From assembly GCA_010015805.1 (NCBI GenBank), contig ML978129.1, forward strand, positions 248,001 to 312,000: DNA of 64,000 nt. Direction: 5' to 3'. The notes beneath the pieces are model-generated. The model was not told the origin of the DNA. It did no database searches and worked only from the letters and a program-made list of their open reading frames with translations. This DNA is from Rhizodiscina lignyota (taxonomy: Eukaryota). This document shows, in pieces, positions 36,290 through 46,626 of this stretch; position 1 is the stretch's first letter; the number at the start of each line of letters is the position of its first letter. Both the position numbers and the translations under genes were made by a program.

Positions 36290-37627
36290 ATGTTTTGGTG
36301 GGCGAACAAGAACACGATGCCTCGCTTTCAGCATCAATACAACGGCGAAAGCACATTGGCACAGCCAGCATCAGCAAACACGTCGAACAAACATATCCTA
36401 GACGCCGATACACCGATAAATAAAACCCAATCACCGCCCATCAGGCACGAAAGAAAAGACACTCCAATCACAACTGGAATAAACCCCACAAAAGACAAAT
36501 TCTACCTCACGTCGTACACACAACCGGGAACATATGCAATTTATTGGGCATTCCTTTTCGGACCAGAGGACAAGGATGCATCCCTTCGGCTACGCCGGTT
36601 CACTGCGATGCGAATTTACGATAGCAGACGGCTCATGCATAAGTGGACCGGAATGTGCGACGAGGTGGGACTGGATACCACGGGTCCTGCACCATTCGGG
36701 CGCTTCAAATTTTGTATGGTTCTTGACAATGGCGAGAATCAAGGGGACATCGCGCTCGCGGAGAAGATTATTCGTCAGCATTCGAAAAGCGACTTGCAAT
36801 ACAACAGCTCGTTCGAGTGGGCTACCGACGCTATCCAAGCGCTACTGCGCCAGAGTTACAGGCTTGGACGGAGATGGGATCCTTTCCTCGATTGGGATAC
36901 TATCCAGAAAGTCTTTCGGCAGAAGCGATATGAGATGTACGACTCCGTAGTAGCAACAGTTCAGCCGCATCCACATCCACTAGCAGTTGCGATATACGAC
37001 TCAACGGAGGAGCCGTGCGCCACGCGGATTTTCGAGACGAAATTTCCCGCCACTGAGGAAGCCGGCGCCCGGCTTTTTGTCGAGCTCTATAACAACGAGG
37101 AACACCCAAAAGACCCGTACTGGGCGTTGACGTGCGGGCCATTTGTGACCACTCTGGGTATTCCGGTTCAGGCACTGTGGAGATATTATTGCTGGCGCCA
37201 CAAGGACCCAAAAGACACTTCTGGCGAACCCGCCAAGTGGGTGCCTTGTCGCGAGGGTATGAAAACTGCCACTCAACCTCTTCTATCCGGCCGGCTTCTG
37301 ACGCGGATGGTCATTGGAAAGCTTGTTGATACGCAGGCATTTGCCACGGCCATGGCCGATGGTCTCAACCCTATCAAAACACGCGCCGTCGAGACCGAAA
37401 CGTCGAACTGTTGGTATGTCAAGAGCGCCTTTGAGGAGCTGCGGAAGACGTCGGGCGCATGCATCTGGGCGCCAGCGTTGGAAGGGGTGGACGCGCAGAA
37501 ATTCTCGAGAGAGGTTTTCCGATGGCTGCAGTCTAATTCGAATAAGGGAAGGCTGGCTGAAGATGATCCCCGAAGAGACTATATCCCAACGTGGGATTGC
37601 TTTTCGCAAACGGAGGTGTTTTCATGA
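36290..37627 (+). CDS. Hypothetical 445 aa protein with two tandem copies of the same (DUF6914-like) domain
   Basis: Copy 1: FYLTSY..IYWAFLFGP..RRF..EWATDAIQAL..LDWDTI..AIYD. Copy 2: LFVELY..PYWALTCGP..WRY..LLTRMVIGKLVD..WYVKSAFEEL..GRL..IPTWD. Confidence 0.8.
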   Translation: MFWWANKNTMPRFQHQYNGESTLAQPASANTSNKHILDADTPINKTQSPPIRHERKDTPITTGINPTKDKFYLTSYTQPGTYAIYWAFLFGPEDKDASLRLRRFTAMRIYDSRRLMHKWTGMCDEVGLDTTGPAPFGRFKFCMVLDNGENQGDIALAEKIIRQHSKSDLQYNSSFEWATDAIQALLRQSYRLGRRWDPFLDWDTIQKVFRQKRYEMYDSVVATVQPHPHPLAVAIYDSTEEPCATRIFETKFPATEEAGARLFVELYNNEEHPKDPYWALTCGPFVTTLGIPVQALWRYYCWRHKDPKDTSGEPAKWVPCREGMKTATQPLLSGRLLTRMVIGKLVDTQAFATAMADGLNPIKTRAVETETSNCWYVKSAFEELRKTSGACIWAPALEGVDAQKFSREVFRWLQSNSNKGRLAEDDPRRDYIPTWDCFSQTEVFS

Positions 37628-37908
37628 GGTAAATGAAGGGGGTATTTGGAGAGTGTTTTGTTTGTAGTACCGATTAGAGCCCCCAGCCTCCAGGACTCCA
37701 TGTTGATAGGAGCTGAAATCAATGAGTAATTCAAACTGAACTTCTCGATGAAAACTTCCACACCAAAGGCCGTGAGTAGCCGAGAGGCTGAAAGCTCATC
37801 CAAATCGGGAGTTGCTTTGGGCGTGACAAAATATTTGGATGCCAGGCAAGCAGTATCGTAATGCCCTCCTTTCGTTTTGCAAATAAAGAAAAGAGAAAAA
37901 GAAAAGGC

Positions 37909-37990
37909 AAAAAAAAAACCCATATCCCCTCTGGGATTTGAACTCTGGATATCCGGATGTCGAACTATGGGTTAGCAAGTCTCAAATGCA
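37909..37990 (-). pseudogene. Degenerate tRNA-like 3' half (B-box plus Pol III terminator)
   Basis: Minus strand reads GAGTTCAAATCC (37945-37934), a short acceptor-like 3' strand, then T10 (37918-37909). The T-stem pairs poorly and no A-box or 5' half is found. Confidence 0.35.
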
Positions 37991-38514
37991 CTGTAAACGG
38001 TTAACGTGTAGGTGTTCTTTTCGGGTTAAAACTCTTACTTAGATTATCCACCTCAGCCAGTGTGCAGTGGCTGATTGGTGAGAGATCTAAATCTGAAATT
38101 AATTATATAGTCACCTTCCTTATTTATTTAATCGCCTAATAACACTAACACCCGGCCTTTGAACATATAAGCCGCAAGGGCGATTATCTCTTATCCTTTA
38201 AGGCAAGCGAGACTATCTCTGAAAGCTCAAGCACATATTCTTCGGAGTGTACTAAATAACGGTGAGCCATTAAAAACTTGTATACTTTGTTAATTATAGA
38301 AGCTACACAATATCTCCTATCAGTGTCTTAAAAGCTGCTGCCAGCGTTTTCGTCACCCTCGTGACAAGACACATGAGCACTTCTACTAACTTACACATGA
38401 TCATGGTTCAGAAGAACGACGGATCCGATATATGCAGCTGAAAGGATTGTCTGCGCTGCTCGTGAAACGAAGTACAAGTGAAATGTACTATGAAAGCCTC
38501 GAAATCGCCCTTGC

Positions 38515-39486
38515 TCATTGTGCATTCGTTTCGAATTTCGGATTTGGCTTCAGGGGCTTCCAAACACCCTTTAACGAATCCTGCCGGACCTCCTCTAGAA
38601 TCGGTTCATTTGCCGGATCATATCTGTAGTTGTCATTCTTCTGAAAGAACTCTTTATCCTTCTCCGTCCACTCCGCACCAGTCCAGCGAATCCAATATGG
38701 ATAGTGTTTGTACGTATCGGTGATCGCGAAGTGGGAGTTCAAGATCCGGATCCACCAGAATGCGTAGTCCGCGACGTCGGCCTCCTCTTCCGGGTTCTCG
38801 TAGCTTGTCTTTGGCGGTCCTTCGTCCTCAACAGTCTTGAAAGCACGAACGTCGCGGTCGTCGGCGTCTTCAAGCTGCACGAATGGATCTTCCTTTCCGG
38901 AATACGTTCGCACGTTCGAACGTATTGTATGGAGCCAGTCCTTCAAGTCTTCTCTGTCCTGGGCCATGAATTTGTCGGAGTGCACGAGCGGTGCCCAGAA
39001 CCATAGTGTGCGGACAAGCCACTCGTCCATGGTGTAATCGCGCTCGATCCACGCTCCTTTGCCATCGGGGCGGAAGTCACCGGGCAAGGCGATGAGCTGT
39101 CGGGCCAGTTTCTCGCATATTGGATCGAAGAAGGCGCGTACATAGCGGAAGCTGTAGCCTTTGAGGATAATGCGCGCTTGATCGAGCAGAGTGATAAGGC
39201 CTAGACTTTGCTCAGGATAGTCTGGTGCGTCCGCTTCCGGGAGGACTTCAGTTAGGTCGAGTGACATAAGCTCGTCAAGTGGAAGCTTGCTCAGTGGTAA
39301 TAAAGCGCTGTGGAATATCAAGTCATGGAATGATTTCATATACGAAGGACTTGGACGGAAGTGCATTTGGCCGATAGTAGCGCCGCTTGGAGGCTCGTTC
39401 TTTGGCCATGGGAACTTGAGGCGATAAACCGCGTGTAGAAGCTCCGGTGTCAGAATCTGTCTGACCTGTTCGATGGTGATGGCCAT
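38515..39486 (-). CDS. Divergent DUF924-like protein, ~323 aa
   Basis: ATG 39486. LGLITLLDQAR, WFWAPLVHSD and H..I...Y.HYPY.....G...T..DKEF resemble the DUF924 motifs LLDQ.PR, P.MHSE and H..II.RFGRFPHRN..LGR..T.EE. Confidence 0.7.
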   Translation of the reverse strand: MAITIEQVRQILTPELLHAVYRLKFPWPKNEPPSGATIGQMHFRPSPSYMKSFHDLIFHSALLPLSKLPLDELMSLDLTEVLPEADAPDYPEQSLGLITLLDQARIILKGYSFRYVRAFFDPICEKLARQLIALPGDFRPDGKGAWIERDYTMDEWLVRTLWFWAPLVHSDKFMAQDREDLKDWLHTIRSNVRTYSGKEDPFVQLEDADDRDVRAFKTVEDEGPPKTSYENPEEEADVADYAFWWIRILNSHFAITDTYKHYPYWIRWTGAEWTEKDKEFFQKNDNYRYDPANEPILEEVRQDSLKGVWKPLKPNPKFETNAQ

Positions 39487-40175
39487 GTTTAGGTCGAGTT
39501 GAATTTTTGAAAGAACAACGTAAGAACTCAATTGGAATATAAACGCAATATTGGGAGTTGTAGAGAGAGGAAATCAGCTCACCTTCCCCGCTCTAACGGC
39601 TGATGAAAGATTACGAAGCTAACTACTGTGATGACCAACCTACATGTGTTTTCGAGGCTTAAACTCCATGGTCCTCGAAGAAGGATAAACATTGGACTTA
39701 ATCTCCGAAGTCCGTTAAGCAAAATGTGTGCAAAGAAAGTCCAGAGAGGGGGAGACAGCCGAGTGAGCAAAAGGGGCTAGTACCATTTTGGGTTAAGCGC
39801 TTGCCTTGCGGAGCCGAGAAGGGTTTCGAGGAGGATTTCAAGAATCCAGTAATCTAATCACATCAACTGCGGACGAAGTAGAACCTCATATGATAAACCA
39901 TTACTCCTTGTGTCCAGTATGAGCATTGAGGGACCAAATCGCAGTAGCAGGAGATGATCTCAGCCTCATGTCTAGATCTGAGTGCCTTAGACTGCTGAAT
40001 GCCGGAATTCCACTAACGTTGTACACAGAGACGACATATTCAGAGCTGCTAAGTTACATTCAGAGCAAGAAGATGTGCTGGATATGCTGATATCGACTTT
40101 AAGAGTCACACTAAGCGCAGATTAGGCTAGAAGGTAAGTAGGATTTATCGTTTTGGCCTCTATGATGACGATCTC

Positions 40176-41306
40176 TCAGTCTACCTTGTGTCCATTAGCC
40201 ACTTCTCCTTTAGCTTTGCTCTTGCGAATGACAACCGGGACAGATGTGAATAACGATGGCCACACAACCTCGACTTCATCTTGCATGCCCTTCAAGCAAT
40301 ACCGCAAGTACACGCCCCAGGTCAGATTGTAGTATGCTCCGAGCCCAGTGAAGAGGTGCCTGGACAAGAGTTGGCTATATCCAACGATAGAAACGTCATT
40401 AGAGGAGGAGACTCACCACCAGCCATGTCCTTCAAGGACGATGCCCCACGGAAGGCCGATCTCTCGTCGCCACCGCCGCAGAGTTGAGCAATAGATATTG
40501 TCCAGGTTCCATATGAAGAAGCCGATGATCACCGAGAGGAAACCGCAGATCACCATCCACCACATTGTGTTAAGCATGCGAAGATCGCGAGCGTCACGTC
40601 TTGCCTGCTCTTTCTCATCGACATTAGCTGTTGATTCTTTGAGCGCGTCGGCCGATCTCCGCCTTCGCCTTGAAGGGCGTAGCTGCTCCATGTCATAAAT
40701 TCCCCTCGATACGACAAGGATGGCCAGCAAGGCAAACATGTTTTGGTGGAACACTGGATCCTTGAGATAATGGTAGTATCCTGTGATAAATGCGGCAAGA
40801 GAAACGGTGAAGACAAAGATACATAATCTGATGAAGGTTGATTTGTTAAAGGCGAAGACGGCGAAGAACGTCGTGCAAGTGAGGTATATCATGGACAATT
40901 CATCGAGCAGTTGCATGGAATCTATCAATCACGTCAGCCGAAGGACAATGGACAAGTCGGCAACGTTCATACATTTGAGGCTGGAGTGGAAGAAGAAGCT
41001 TCCGATTCCAATGAAGAGGTAACTAAAGAATGCGGCAAGAAATTCTGGATCGTGGCCATGCTGGATACAGTTGCGGATGCCTTTGTACGCGAGGCAGATG
41101 AAGACGAGATTCGTCAAGGTATTGACAATTTCCGCTGAATAAATGGATGCGTAGTAATCCTGCGGCTCGTCAGGAAACAGGCAATAGCCTCAAAGATCCA
41201 TCTTCATCGTTCTCACCTCCTCGCACCAATTAATTGTCGCTGTAACTGGGTTCCAGTATCCATCTTGCGTGGGAGGGTAAGGGACAGAGGGTAGTCACGA
41301 AACCAT
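40176..41306 (-). CDS. Alkaline (phyto)ceramidase, Ypc1/Ydc1/ACER3 family, with an in-frame TGA at codon 4
   Basis: Four exons with canonical introns. GYW.PVTATINWCEE|DY, AEIVNTLTN, GIGSFFFHSSLK|YSMQLLDELSMIY, IWNLDNIYC, LEGHGWW|HLFTG. Exon 1 reads ATG GTT TCG TGA CTA CCC. Confidence 0.9.
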
Positions 41307-42996
41307 CCTCTTCGTCAAGAGTGCTAGCGGCAGATATCGGACCTCAAATCGATCAGAGCGTGAAAAGGGCTGGATTTATTAAGAACGAAAAGATTTGGAC
41401 GTTGAGAGGAGAGCCGGCGTGTCCGGCCTGCCGGCAGGGCTGAACAAGGGGCGGACCGAACCGAACGTGAAACCCCTTCCCAGTTTGGCAACTGTGCCTT
41501 ACGTCGTCTCAGTTCTTAAACACAGGACTTGTCTCTTTACAGGAGTAGCGTTCGCGAAAATCGATTCAATTGGCAAGGTGTCATATTTGAGCGTTGGACC
41601 TTTACGCGCGAGCGTCGAGTAGATTGAGAAGTAATCGTATGCGAGGCCAATCACCACTACGTGCGAGCGTTGGTTCAATTAATAAGGAGCCGTATTCGAG
41701 AGGATTCACCTCTATGTAAGAGCGGTTACCACGTTCAGAGGTAGCTCTCCCTATTTAGCCATTTCCTCTCGGAGCTTCGGTTGTCTGAAGCCGATTTGCT
41801 CTGCCTGTCGAACCACGAAATCGCGTAGGTTTGCCGTAGTGCCCAGTCTCGTGAGGAATTTTGATATTGCTCGACTAATCATTTAAAGAACTAATAGAGA
41901 CACTATATCGGCCGCCTAGACGTAGTCTCTATAAAAGGCGAATCGTCGATATGCGACGAATGCGTTAATACTATTGAATTCGTGGATACCGACATTGAAT
42001 ATTTGAGAATGATCCGCATAAGCGAGATAAATGTGCGATCGACACCGATCTACTGTACGGCACCCTCATCGTTATCCAGTAAGACCAGTAGTCCTTGGGC
42101 TGACAATGCCATACTTGCTGCTGTCTAGGTTGTGGGGGAGCACGATATAGCTCAGCTGTATGGGAGTGAAGTCACCTTTACGCGCGAGCACTGATTCAAT
42201 TGAGCGGTGGTCGTATTTGAATGCTGCGACATTTACGTGGCAGGGCGCGTAGATAGCTCCGATGCAACGTCGCGAGAAATTGAGCTTGCTTGGGGAGAAT
42301 AACGCGGATGAGGCGCATGCGTATGGCGATGTAGGTTTCGAAGTCTGAGAATACATGCGACTCTAGCGCGCTTGCGCTTGCTTGCGAAACTTGAACTATC
42401 GCAACCAAAGTCATTCTTCTATCACTATCCCCCAGAGAACCAGACACTGTGCTCTCCCTGATTTATGTGCCTTTAACCAATGTACGACTACATGCGAAGC
42501 TTGCGAAATCTCCAAAGATGACTTTGTTCTTTGCCATTTGCCTATCCATGAAGTGTCAATTGCTACTTGGGAATTCCTACTGCGCACTGCTAGTGCATGT
42601 TTCGCGAGCGGCCCACTACTTTACCCATGTCCTTCTTCGATTCAAAATATATTGGCCCGTAAAGGCATAGATATCTAAGTCTTGCTGCATACACAGGTTG
42701 GCCGCGAGTGCTGGCCGAGCGCGCATACGATTATCTGCAGGATTAGCTTATTGCATTTGCGCAAACTTGGGCAAATCCGTAGGGTTAGTAACAACTGCCT
42801 ACTCGACGCTAGCATCGATGCGTGCGCAAATACCATGCTCTATGAGATGGGAGCTATTTAACTACAAGTACAGTAACAGACGAATTTCAACGGGAATAGA
42901 ACGAATTGTCCGTTATCCAAATACTACCATCGTACACAGGGAATAAAACGCCATAACAAGCCCAACCCCAAAATAAGCACACCCTAAACAGTAAAC

Positions 42997-43728
42997 TCAA
43001 AACTCCTCAAAGAGGACTTGGTACTCCATGTCTCTCAATATACCAAGATGCTCTTCTTGAAAATCCTCACTGTATTCCCACGGGGAATCCTCCGGAGGAG
43101 AATAGAGCTCCGTGGGTCTCTGGAGGAGAGGAAGAGGAGCCGGAGGGGAAGCGGCGACCGGGCCAGAGAACAAAAGAGAAAGTGAAGAGGAGGCGGAGGC
43201 GGAGGTAGGAGGAGTGAACGAAGGAGAGAGCGAAGGAGGGGCGGAGGTAGGAGGAATGGAAGAAGGAATGGAAGAAGCGACGGAAGAAGGGATGGCAGGA
43301 GGAATGAAACGAGGAGCCATAGGATGAGCAAATGGAGGAGCAGGAGGAGCAAAGGGAAGAGCAGGAGAAGCCAAGGGAAAGGCAGGAGAAGCCAGGGGAG
43401 AAGCGGGAGGAGCCAGAGGAGAAGCCAGAGGAGAAGCCGCAGGCATTTGTACTGGCTCATCGGAGCCAGTTTCGTACTGCTCATGGGCCATTGCCGCAAG
43501 AGTTCGCCGTTTTCTCGCGGTGTACTTCCGCGTTTTTCTGGCGATTTGCGCCCGAGTTAGAGGTGCGCGCGGCTCTGTCGCATGGTTGTTGGCATCACCG
43601 TTGGATGCCGTTTCGAGTATACCGAGAGCCTGTGTGTTGCTCGCCGGCTTGGCCTTCTGGGCTCTCCTTGATTTTGCCTTGCGCCTAGCAGCGGCAACGG
43701 TCTCGCCCTGTTGAGCGCGGTTGTCCAT
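42997..43728 (-). CDS. Orphan low-complexity protein: basic N-half, Pro/Ala/Ser repeats, acidic C-tail; 243 aa
   Basis: ATG in AAAAATG context and an uninterrupted 732-nt ORF. No recognisable domain. Confidence 0.5.
   Translation of the reverse strand: MDNRAQQGETVAAARRKAKSRRAQKAKPASNTQALGILETASNGDANNHATEPRAPLTRAQIARKTRKYTARKRRTLAAMAHEQYETGSDEPVQMPAASPLASPLAPPASPLASPAFPLASPALPFAPPAPPFAHPMAPRFIPPAIPSSVASSIPSSIPPTSAPPSLSPSFTPPTSASASSSLSLLFSGPVAASPPAPLPLLQRPTELYSPPEDSPWEYSEDFQEEHLGILRDMEYQVLFEEF
43330..43440. repeat. Degenerate minisatellite built from GGAGAAGCCAG-like units
   Basis: GGAGAAGCCAAGGG / GGAGAAGCCAGGG / GGAGCCAGAGGAGAAGCCAGAGGAGAAGCC; encodes ASPL/ASPA repeats on the minus strand. 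Confidence 0.7.
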
Positions 43729-46626
43729 TTTTCAGAGGTTTATGTGGAGTGCTTGAGAGTATGGTTGAAAGTTTGGATCGATCTGACGTTGGATCTCCGT
43801 TAGAGCCTTGAACACCTTCGTGAAGATTTGATTTACTTACTGTTGGGTTGCTTGGAGTTGCGGGAGGCGTGTAAATCGTCACTGTGTTCTACCTGGGCAA
43901 GGTGATGCTTGATGGTTTAGAAAATATGTGAAGAGATGAGAAAAGTTTATAGTCGGCGGGAGCTTGGGATTGATGGAATTTCAGGCCAAGTCAATAGAGC
44001 ACGTATCTTGCGTGAGTCAGTGCGGAGCAAACCAGAGTGTGGGATCTTGCTTGGGCCTCCAACCACGTACTAGCTATATCAGAGATGCTAGGTACCTGCA
44101 CTGGCGAGCGTGGAGTGACATTCTCAAACCCGGGCTCCTCATTTGTCACAAGAGCCAAAGCCACCGCGAGCCCCCTTTCCTTTCGCAACGCCCCCTCTCT
44201 TTTCCTTCGGTACGCCTCAGCCACGCAAGCTGCACATGACCACCGACAGCCAGCACCGGCAACATGATTCGGGACAAGAGAATAAGCTCTGACGACGACT
44301 AGAATGGTTACAGCAACTACATTGGTAGCATCCAGAGAGCATCGTGATAATGTCAGCGTATCGGTAATATCGGACGAAACGAAAGCCCGGAGGCGGAAAG
44401 GGCGACTGACAGGAATCCAAGCGAGAGCAGTACCCATCAACTGTGCCTCGATGCGACAGTCCCAACATGAGGGCATTTGTCAGGATGCGAATGAGGGGTC
44501 ACAGTATGTTGGGTAGCGTAAGGTGCTGGAACAAGCCAGTGCGCGTCGAGGGGCATATCTGCAGCGAAAGGAGTAGTTCTGCTATCCTCGAAATCAGCAA
44601 ATGCTAACAGTACGCTATGCCATCACTCAACAGCAACCAATGTTGACAGCACGATGCGACAGTCGGCGGGTCGGTTTTTACGTCGAGCAACGAAGCACAG
44701 GCAGCAACAGACCACATCGTGTGGGAGCCTGAAGCGGTCGACGACAATTCGGGGGTGACGACACCAATAGATGGAGCGGTCAATGACAACGACGGAGGAA
44801 GGTGCCAAAAGAGAAGGATACCGTTATAGAGGGAGGCCAGGGATACCAGAAGCGTCAACATGGAACATTAATGCGCGGTCCAGCCTCGAAGCATTGGTAC
44901 TTCCGGCGCTGGCAAGGCAGCATGAGGCCCCGCGACGAGAACGGTTGTCGAGGAGATTGCTCGGATGTTGCATACCTCAACTACCACAGCAACATCGACT
45001 ATGATGGTTCACATAGCGGGAATCGTGATCCGGATACTGTGGCAACAGGAAGCCCATTGAGAGAAACTTGCGCGGATGGAGTCGCCACTGTTCTCTTTGC
45101 TTTACGACTCCATGTCAATGGGATGCGCTTTCGTAAGCTCTTTAGTCTTTGTGTATAGCGCCATTCTGGTCTCTTGAGGTGGCAGGGCTAGTGCCATAGT
45201 CACATTCGATCCACGCCAGGAACCCAAGGATAGTGGAGGCATACACTATGCTAGGAATCTCTAGCATCTCTTCACGATACTGTTCGAAATCCGGAGAAAT
45301 ATTCTCATATTACTGTGGCAGCACCATGCTACAAAGGCAAGGAAACTGTAACCACGTTCGACCCGAAGGAGTCGGCGCTGATGTGTGGCCATCTTGAGTC
45401 GACTGAGGGCTTCCAAAGGGGTTTAAAGGTGTCGAAACATGATGCAGTCATTGAACGTTGTCCCATCCTCATAATTGTTGCCAGCTTCTTCATGAAAAGA
45501 ACGTGAAATTGGTCGCTTGAGGTTGAAGCTGGCACAACTAGCCCCCGAGGTTTTCCCTTTTTGTGAGCGTGGTACACGTGGTGACCAAAACCATCCATCG
45601 ATCCGTGCTCAGAATATCACCAAAACTGGTGATTATGTCATAGTCACCGAGGGTTAGGGTTTACAGCTCGAACTTTAATGCAGAGACATCAGACCATGTG
45701 TCTACAGCAGCGGTTGGCTTTCACTGTTCATTGAAAGCTTAGAGAAACCCTTGAGAAGTTCATGCTTTAAAATAGCGCTCAATTTTATTTAAGAGTACGG
45801 AGTATCGTATACTACTCTGTTGGTCTATTGAGTGGCTATATACTTGTACTACTAGCTCTTAGATGGTTATTCTTCCTTAGATGGTATCTCTTAATCCTCT
45901 TAATGACGTTTGATATAAGCTTTTTGTCCCTTTTATTTTATTTTATTTTAATTTTATTCCTTTTTTCCCTTTGGGGAGGCTTCGCGAGGTTGACTACGAA
46001 TGTGGCCGCAATCTAGATCAGCGCAAAGAGCAGTCCACCCACTCCGAGCCATTTTTGCACGCCGAAAATATATCAAGTTTTGATAATAGATGAGGAATCT
46101 CACGGAGAGGCTTTTTTTCAGTGCCTTTTATAGTAAACTCCAAAATGTGGCAACTATTGCGCATCATGACTCTAGAATTCAACGATCGGTAGGATGTGAG
46201 CGCTACTTGGTACAAACCATAAAGACCTCATCTATCAGATATCAAGGTCCAATCTGAACTCAGTGATTACGAACAGTGGGGGGCGTGGGGTTTCAAGAGG
46301 ATCGTTCAATTTTCAACGGGCGCGGTCTACGCCTCTACAAGACCCATAACATACACAGCCACCAAAGCATTCTTTTTGTCCTGCCGGCAGTAAATGAACA
46401 AAGTCGACAAGGCATCGACATATCCCAGGTTGAAGCAGACTTATCCCAAGACCAGAAAGACGAAGTCGGATCGCTAAGATGGTATCTCATCCGCCGGACA
46501 ACATAGAAGCAAAAATCGGAAACGTTACAGTCGCGCCGCGCGAACGGCATTATCTCTCCACGCGCCAAACGAGAGAAAACGAAGCCCTTTCTACATCGAG
46601 CCCTTGACCTGGTCAAACTGCGAAAG

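Noticed and set aside
38482..38517. Possible readthrough PTS1 extension after the DUF924-like stop
   Set aside because: The context is TGA GCA, not TGA CTA, and the extension ends SRLS rather than SRL.
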